Source: Candidatus Methylacidiphilaceae bacterium
Lineage (GTDB): Bacteria; Verrucomicrobiota; Verrucomicrobiia; Methylacidiphilales; Methylacidiphilaceae
Assembly (NCBI GenBank): GCA_050179015.1
Contig: JBFXFN010000004.1
Span: forward strand, 1,800 to 65,799
Direction of reading: 5' to 3'
DNA: 64,000 nt
The translations under genes were made by a program, and so were the position numbers. This document shows, one piece after another, positions 60,345 to 64,000 of the stretch. Each line of letters starts with the position of its first letter. Positions within the stretch are counted from its first letter, which is position 1. The notes beneath the pieces were generated by a model. The model was not told where the DNA came from and made no database searches. It worked only from the letters and a program-made list of their open reading frames with translations.

Positions 60345-61754
60345 ATGCGCAGGATTGCAGGCCTCGAAACCGAATATGGCTGTCTCTCCCAGCGAGCCAT
60401 GGATAGTCCGCCGGTACCCGAGCGGGTTCGAGACTATCTCTTCTTTCGAGAGCGGATCGGTCTCATCGATGTCCACGACCGGGATTATGACGAACCTGCG
60501 GGGAACGGAGGGTTTCTTTTCAACGGCGGGCGGCTCTATCTCGATATGGGACATATCGAGTATTGCACCGCTGAATGCCTCTTTCTGGAAGATCTGCTCG
60601 CTTCCGATCGAGCGGGCGAGAAGCTGCTGCAGCAGGCCCTGACCAACCTGGGTATCGCCGCGGAAGCGTCGTTCATCAAGAACAATATCGATCACTACAC
60701 GGGCGCAACCTTCGGCTGCCACGAGAATTACCTCCTCCACCGAGAGGCCCCGCTTTCGCAAGGCAACGTCGATGCCCTGCTCGCCTTTTTGGCCGTGCGA
60801 GGGCTGATGGTCGGAGCCGGCCGGGTAGGAACGGTGATGGTGCCGCGCGGCGTGGATCGGGGAGCAAGAACGCGCGCCATGCCTTTTCAAGTAATGCAGC
60901 GCGCCGACTACATTCAGACCGAGATTTACGAATGGGTCCAATTCAATCGGGCTCTGATCAACGCACGGGACGAGCCTTTGGGGGATCCTTGCCGCTTTCG
61001 CCGCTTGCATCTTCTCCTGGGAGACTCGAACATGCTTCCGTTTTCCCAAGCTCTCAAGGTAGGCAGCACTTCTCTCGTTCTCGATCTCCTGGAAGCGGAT
61101 CGGATGCCCCATATCGCCCTTGCCGACCCGGTGCGAACCATGCACCAGATTTCCCACTGTCCGGATGGCCCCTGGTTGATCGAATTGGCCGACGGAAGAA
61201 GATGGACCGCGGTGGAGCTCCTGGAGCACTTTTTGGCGGCGGCGAACCGGCTGGATCTGGAAGAGGATCAAGACAGCCTCTGGACCTCTATTGCTTGGGA
61301 AGAGGTTTTGCGCGGGCTGCGCGAGGAAAGCGATGCTCTCTTGGGGAAGGTCGATTGGATCACCAAGCGGCATCTGCTCGATCTCTTTCGAAGCCGCGAG
61401 GGGGTTCGTTGGGACGACCCCTGGATGGAGAGCCTCGATCTCGAGTACCACAATCTGAACGAAAAGCGGGGCTTGGCGGGGCTGATGCCCCACCCTTCGA
61501 TCGAGGAGCTCGGCCTTTCTGGCTTTGGAAACCAGGACCCGCAGCGAGAGGCTCCCCGGAACACCAGGGCCTACGCGCGCAGCCAGCTCATGCAGCGGGT
61601 AGTTGCGGGCAAGATCTCATACGTAATTGATTGGGACTACGTTCAGGTCGGCAACAGTGGATACTACTCCTTGGAGGATCCTTTCGTCAGTACAGTGCCT
61701 CCGAAGGCGGAGCTGCCGGGCCTGTGCGAGGATTTGGAGTTCCGGTCAAAATGA
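60345..61754 (+). CDS. pafA: PafA-like Pup/UBact--protein ligase
   Basis: MRRIAGLETEYG, NGGRLYLDMGHIEYCTAEC, FGCHENYL, INARDEPL and RRLHLLLGDSNM are present. The product is shorter than the Dop paralogue and lacks the Dop-type loop. GGAG lies upstream of the ATG. Confidence 0.85.
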   Translation: MRRIAGLETEYGCLSQRAMDSPPVPERVRDYLFFRERIGLIDVHDRDYDEPAGNGGFLFNGGRLYLDMGHIEYCTAECLFLEDLLASDRAGEKLLQQALTNLGIAAEASFIKNNIDHYTGATFGCHENYLLHREAPLSQGNVDALLAFLAVRGLMVGAGRVGTVMVPRGVDRGARTRAMPFQVMQRADYIQTEIYEWVQFNRALINARDEPLGDPCRFRRLHLLLGDSNMLPFSQALKVGSTSLVLDLLEADRMPHIALADPVRTMHQISHCPDGPWLIELADGRRWTAVELLEHFLAAANRLDLEEDQDSLWTSIAWEEVLRGLREESDALLGKVDWITKRHLLDLFRSREGVRWDDPWMESLDLEYHNLNEKRGLAGLMPHPSIEELGLSGFGNQDPQREAPRNTRAYARSQLMQRVVAGKISYVIDWDYVQVGNSGYYSLEDPFVSTVPPKAELPGLCEDLEFRSK

Positions 61755-61781
61755 TCCCCGCGTCCGTCGCTCCTCATTCCC

Positions 61782-63113
61782 ATGCTTGAAGCCCTCCAGA
61801 AGAAGCTCGAGTCGGTTTTTCGCGGCCTTCGGGGCTATGGAAAGCTTTCGGAGGCTAATATCGCCGATGCGCTCCGGGAGATTCGCCTCGCGCTCCTTGC
61901 CGCCGATGTCCACTATTCAGTAGCAAAGCGGCTCTGCGAAGAGATCCAGAAGAGGGCCCTCGGGAAAGAGGCGCTGACAGGCATTCGGCCGGGCGATCAA
62001 TTCGTCAAGCTCTTCCACGAGGAGCTTGTCCATCTCCTCGAAGAAGGCCAGAGGGAGATCCGGCCGGAACGGCCGATTCGACTTCTCCTTTGCGGACTCA
62101 ACGGATCGGGGAAGACCACAACCGCAGCAAAGCTCGCCCTCCGTTTCCGAAAGCAGCGTCAAAAAGTGGCACTTGTAGCGGGCGACCTGACGCGGCCCGC
62201 CGCTCGCGAGCAGCTCCAGCGGCTCGGAGAACAGATCCAGGTCCCGGTCTACTCCTGGCCGGATGGGACCGCGATGGAAACGGTCGTTCGCGAAGGACGG
62301 GCTCGAGGGGAGCAGGAGAGAATCGACGTGCTGATCTTCGACGCGGCAGGCCGGCTGGATGTCGATGCGGGCCTGCTCGAAGAGCTCGCGGGTGTAGCCA
62401 AGCTCTGGGAGCCTGGGGAATCACTGCTGGTGGTCGATGCGGCGACGGGACAGGTGGCGGTAAAGGTGGCGGAAGCCTTCGCGGCCAAGGTGCCGCTGAC
62501 CGGCTTGGTTCTATCGAGGGCCGACGGCGATGCCCGCGGGGGTGCCGCCCTCTCGATCCAGCAGGCGACAGGGCTTCCCATCAAGTTTTTGGGGGTAGGG
62601 GAGAAGCCGGATGCCTTGCAGGAGTTCGTTCCCGAACGATTCGTCGGGAGACTCTTGGGCATGGGGGACATCGTGGCGCTCGTCGATCGCGCACAGTCGG
62701 AAATCGACGCCCAGTCGATGGAGGAGATGACCAAGCGGCTGAAGAGCAATGAATTCGGGCTGCAGGATTTTCTCGGGCAGCTTCGGATGATGAAGCGGCT
62801 AGGTCCGCTCGAAAACCTCCTTGCGCTCCTCCCCAGCTTTCCCGGCAAGGAAGCGGTCAAGGTGGACGAGAAGAAGATCAAGCAGATCGAGGCCATCATC
62901 CTCTCCATGACGCCTGAAGAACGGCGCAGGCCGACCCTTCTTAACGGACGTCGCCGCCTACGGATCGCGCAGGGGAGTGGAACGCGGGTCAACGATGTCA
63001 ACGATCTCTTGCGCAAGTTCGATGCGATGCGGAAGATGATGCGGCAGGTTTCCAAGGGCGGATCGGGGAAGGGCTGGCCGAAGCTGGGTTTCCCTCGTTC
63101 CCTGCATGGTTGA
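61782..63113 (+). CDS. ffh: signal recognition particle protein Ffh
   Basis: The product has an N domain, a G domain ([36 protein letters not shown]) and a Met-rich M domain. Confidence 0.94.
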   Translation: MLEALQKKLESVFRGLRGYGKLSEANIADALREIRLALLAADVHYSVAKRLCEEIQKRALGKEALTGIRPGDQFVKLFHEELVHLLEEGQREIRPERPIRLLLCGLNGSGKTTTAAKLALRFRKQRQKVALVAGDLTRPAAREQLQRLGEQIQVPVYSWPDGTAMETVVREGRARGEQERIDVLIFDAAGRLDVDAGLLEELAGVAKLWEPGESLLVVDAATGQVAVKVAEAFAAKVPLTGLVLSRADGDARGGAALSIQQATGLPIKFLGVGEKPDALQEFVPERFVGRLLGMGDIVALVDRAQSEIDAQSMEEMTKRLKSNEFGLQDFLGQLRMMKRLGPLENLLALLPSFPGKEAVKVDEKKIKQIEAIILSMTPEERRRPTLLNGRRRLRIAQGSGTRVNDVNDLLRKFDAMRKMMRQVSKGGSGKGWPKLGFPRSLHG

Positions 63114-63135
63114 AGAGCAAAGGAGAAAGAGCAAT

Positions 63136-63408
63136 ATGTCAGTAGTTGTGCGTTTGCGGAGGGAAGGGAGGAAGAACCGCCCCTTCTTTCGAATCGTGGT
63201 CGCGGATCGGCGGGCCGCGCGGGACGGCAGGTTCTTGGAGGCGGTCGGCACCTACGACCCTCTGCTGAAGGAAGGCGGAGTCCATGTCAAGCTGGACCGC
63301 GTGGAACATTGGAGAAAGCTCGGAGCGCAGTTGAGTGCAACCGTGGCATGCCTAGTCAAGACGGCTCCGAGCGACCCCCCGCAGAAGGAAGCTTCCCCGG
63401 CGGTCTAA
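63136..63408 (+). CDS. rpsP: 30S ribosomal protein S16
   Basis: From Met11 of ORF 63106..63408 the product reads [42 protein letters not shown]. Confidence 0.93.
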   Translation: MSVVVRLRREGRKNRPFFRIVVADRRAARDGRFLEAVGTYDPLLKEGGVHVKLDRVEHWRKLGAQLSATVACLVKTAPSDPPQKEASPAV

Positions 63409-63429
63409 CGGCTCTCGAGCGAGGGGGTC

Positions 63430-64000
63430 GTGCGGATCGACGTTATCACCCTGTTCCCCGGGCTGCTCGAAGCGGCGGGCCAGGAAAGCATCCTGCGCCG
63501 GGCGATCGAGAGCGGGCGGATGACCTTCCGCACGCACCAGCTCCGGGACTACGCTCGCGATCGGCATAAGACCGTCGATGACCGCCCTTACGGGGGCGGA
63601 CCGGGAATGGTGCTCAAATGTGAGCCACTGGTCGAAGCGATCGAGGCGGTCCAAGCCATGGCGGAGAAAGCGCCCGTCCGCCTTCTCTCTCCGGGAGGCA
63701 GAACGTTCGATCAGGCGATGGCCTGGGAGTTTTCCCGCGCTTCTCGGCTGATTTTCGTTTGCGGGCACTACGAAGGGGTCGATCAGCGGGTCATCGATCA
63801 TTGGATCGACGAGGAGGTCTCGATCGGTGATTTCGTCCTGGCAAACGGGGCGGTGGCCGCGCTTGCCATCGTCGATGCGGTGGTCCGGCTGCTCCCAGGC
63901 GTCCTGGGAAACGCAGAATCAGTATTGCACGAATCCTTCGAAGATGCTCTTCTAGAAGGTCCGCAATATACACGGCCGGCGGTTTTCCAGGGATGGGGAG
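63430..64000 (+). CDS. trmD: tRNA (guanine37-N1)-methyltransferase, 3' end beyond window
   Basis: An open frame runs from GTG 63430 to the window end. It reads VRIDVITLFPGLLEAAGQESILRRAIE...RDYARDRHKTVDDRPYGGGPGMVLK...FVCGHYEGVDQRV...EEVSIGDFVLANG, the TrmD SPOUT motifs. It is absent from the ORF track only because it has no stop in the window. Confidence 0.88.
   Translation, partial: MRIDVITLFPGLLEAAGQESILRRAIESGRMTFRTHQLRDYARDRHKTVDDRPYGGGPGMVLKCEPLVEAIEAVQAMAEKAPVRLLSPGGRTFDQAMAWEFSRASRLIFVCGHYEGVDQRVIDHWIDEEVSIGDFVLANGAVAALAIVDAVVRLLPGVLGNAESVLHESFEDALLEGPQYTRPAVFQGWG

Noticed and set aside
60033-61493. A 486-aa minus-strand ORF antisense to the prcA 3' end and the pafA-like gene.
   Set aside because: The reasoning is the same. 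The plus-strand product has the Pup-ligase motifs, and the antisense translation is compositionally biased with no recognisable domain.

Overview
This is a 64 kb, roughly 60% GC, very gene-dense bacterial chromosomal segment. I found no CRISPR array, IS element, integrase, prophage or long repeat. Most of it is housekeeping. It holds ilvN-ilvC-leuA; purD; a complete cell-elongation cluster (mreB-mreC-mreD-mrdA-rodA-rng); serS, trpS and lysS; and DNA repair genes (ligA, dinB, mutY, rnhC). It also holds aromatic amino acid genes (aroD, a DAHP synthase, a chorismate mutase fusion), queD/queE, ispE, pyrF, ffh-rpsP-trmD, two HtrA/DegP proteases and three tRNAs (Asp-GUC, Ala-GGC, Ala-CGC). The stand-out is a six-gene cluster at about 55.0-61.8 kb. 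It encodes an Mpa/ARC-type AAA ATPase, a Dop-like enzyme, a 58-60 aa basic ORF ending in ...RQRTGE, 20S proteasome beta and alpha subunits, and a PafA-like ligase. That is the mycobacterial Pup-proteasome gene order, but the genomic context looks Gram-negative (PVC/Verrucomicrobia-like, which is my inference). The modifier's R-T-G-E terminus matches what I recall being named UBact from comparative genomics. The locus is therefore probably not wholly undescribed, but as far as I know it is biochemically uncharacterised. Secondary oddities:
- The ATPase lacks the GQYL-type tail.
- A 271-nt spacer with a coupled mini-ORF sits between prcB and prcA.
- A truncated P-protein is translationally coupled to a membrane coiled-coil protein.
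- mreB has no canonical start codon near its conserved N-terminus.
- IF-1 carries an Arg-rich tail.
- A rhomboid-like protein has no recognisable catalytic Ser.
- Eight 4-nt start/stop overlaps occur across the window.

Many long ORFs in the supplied track are antisense or upstream-extension artefacts typical of high-GC DNA, and I rejected them. All start codons were chosen by eye from the translations. No database search was run.
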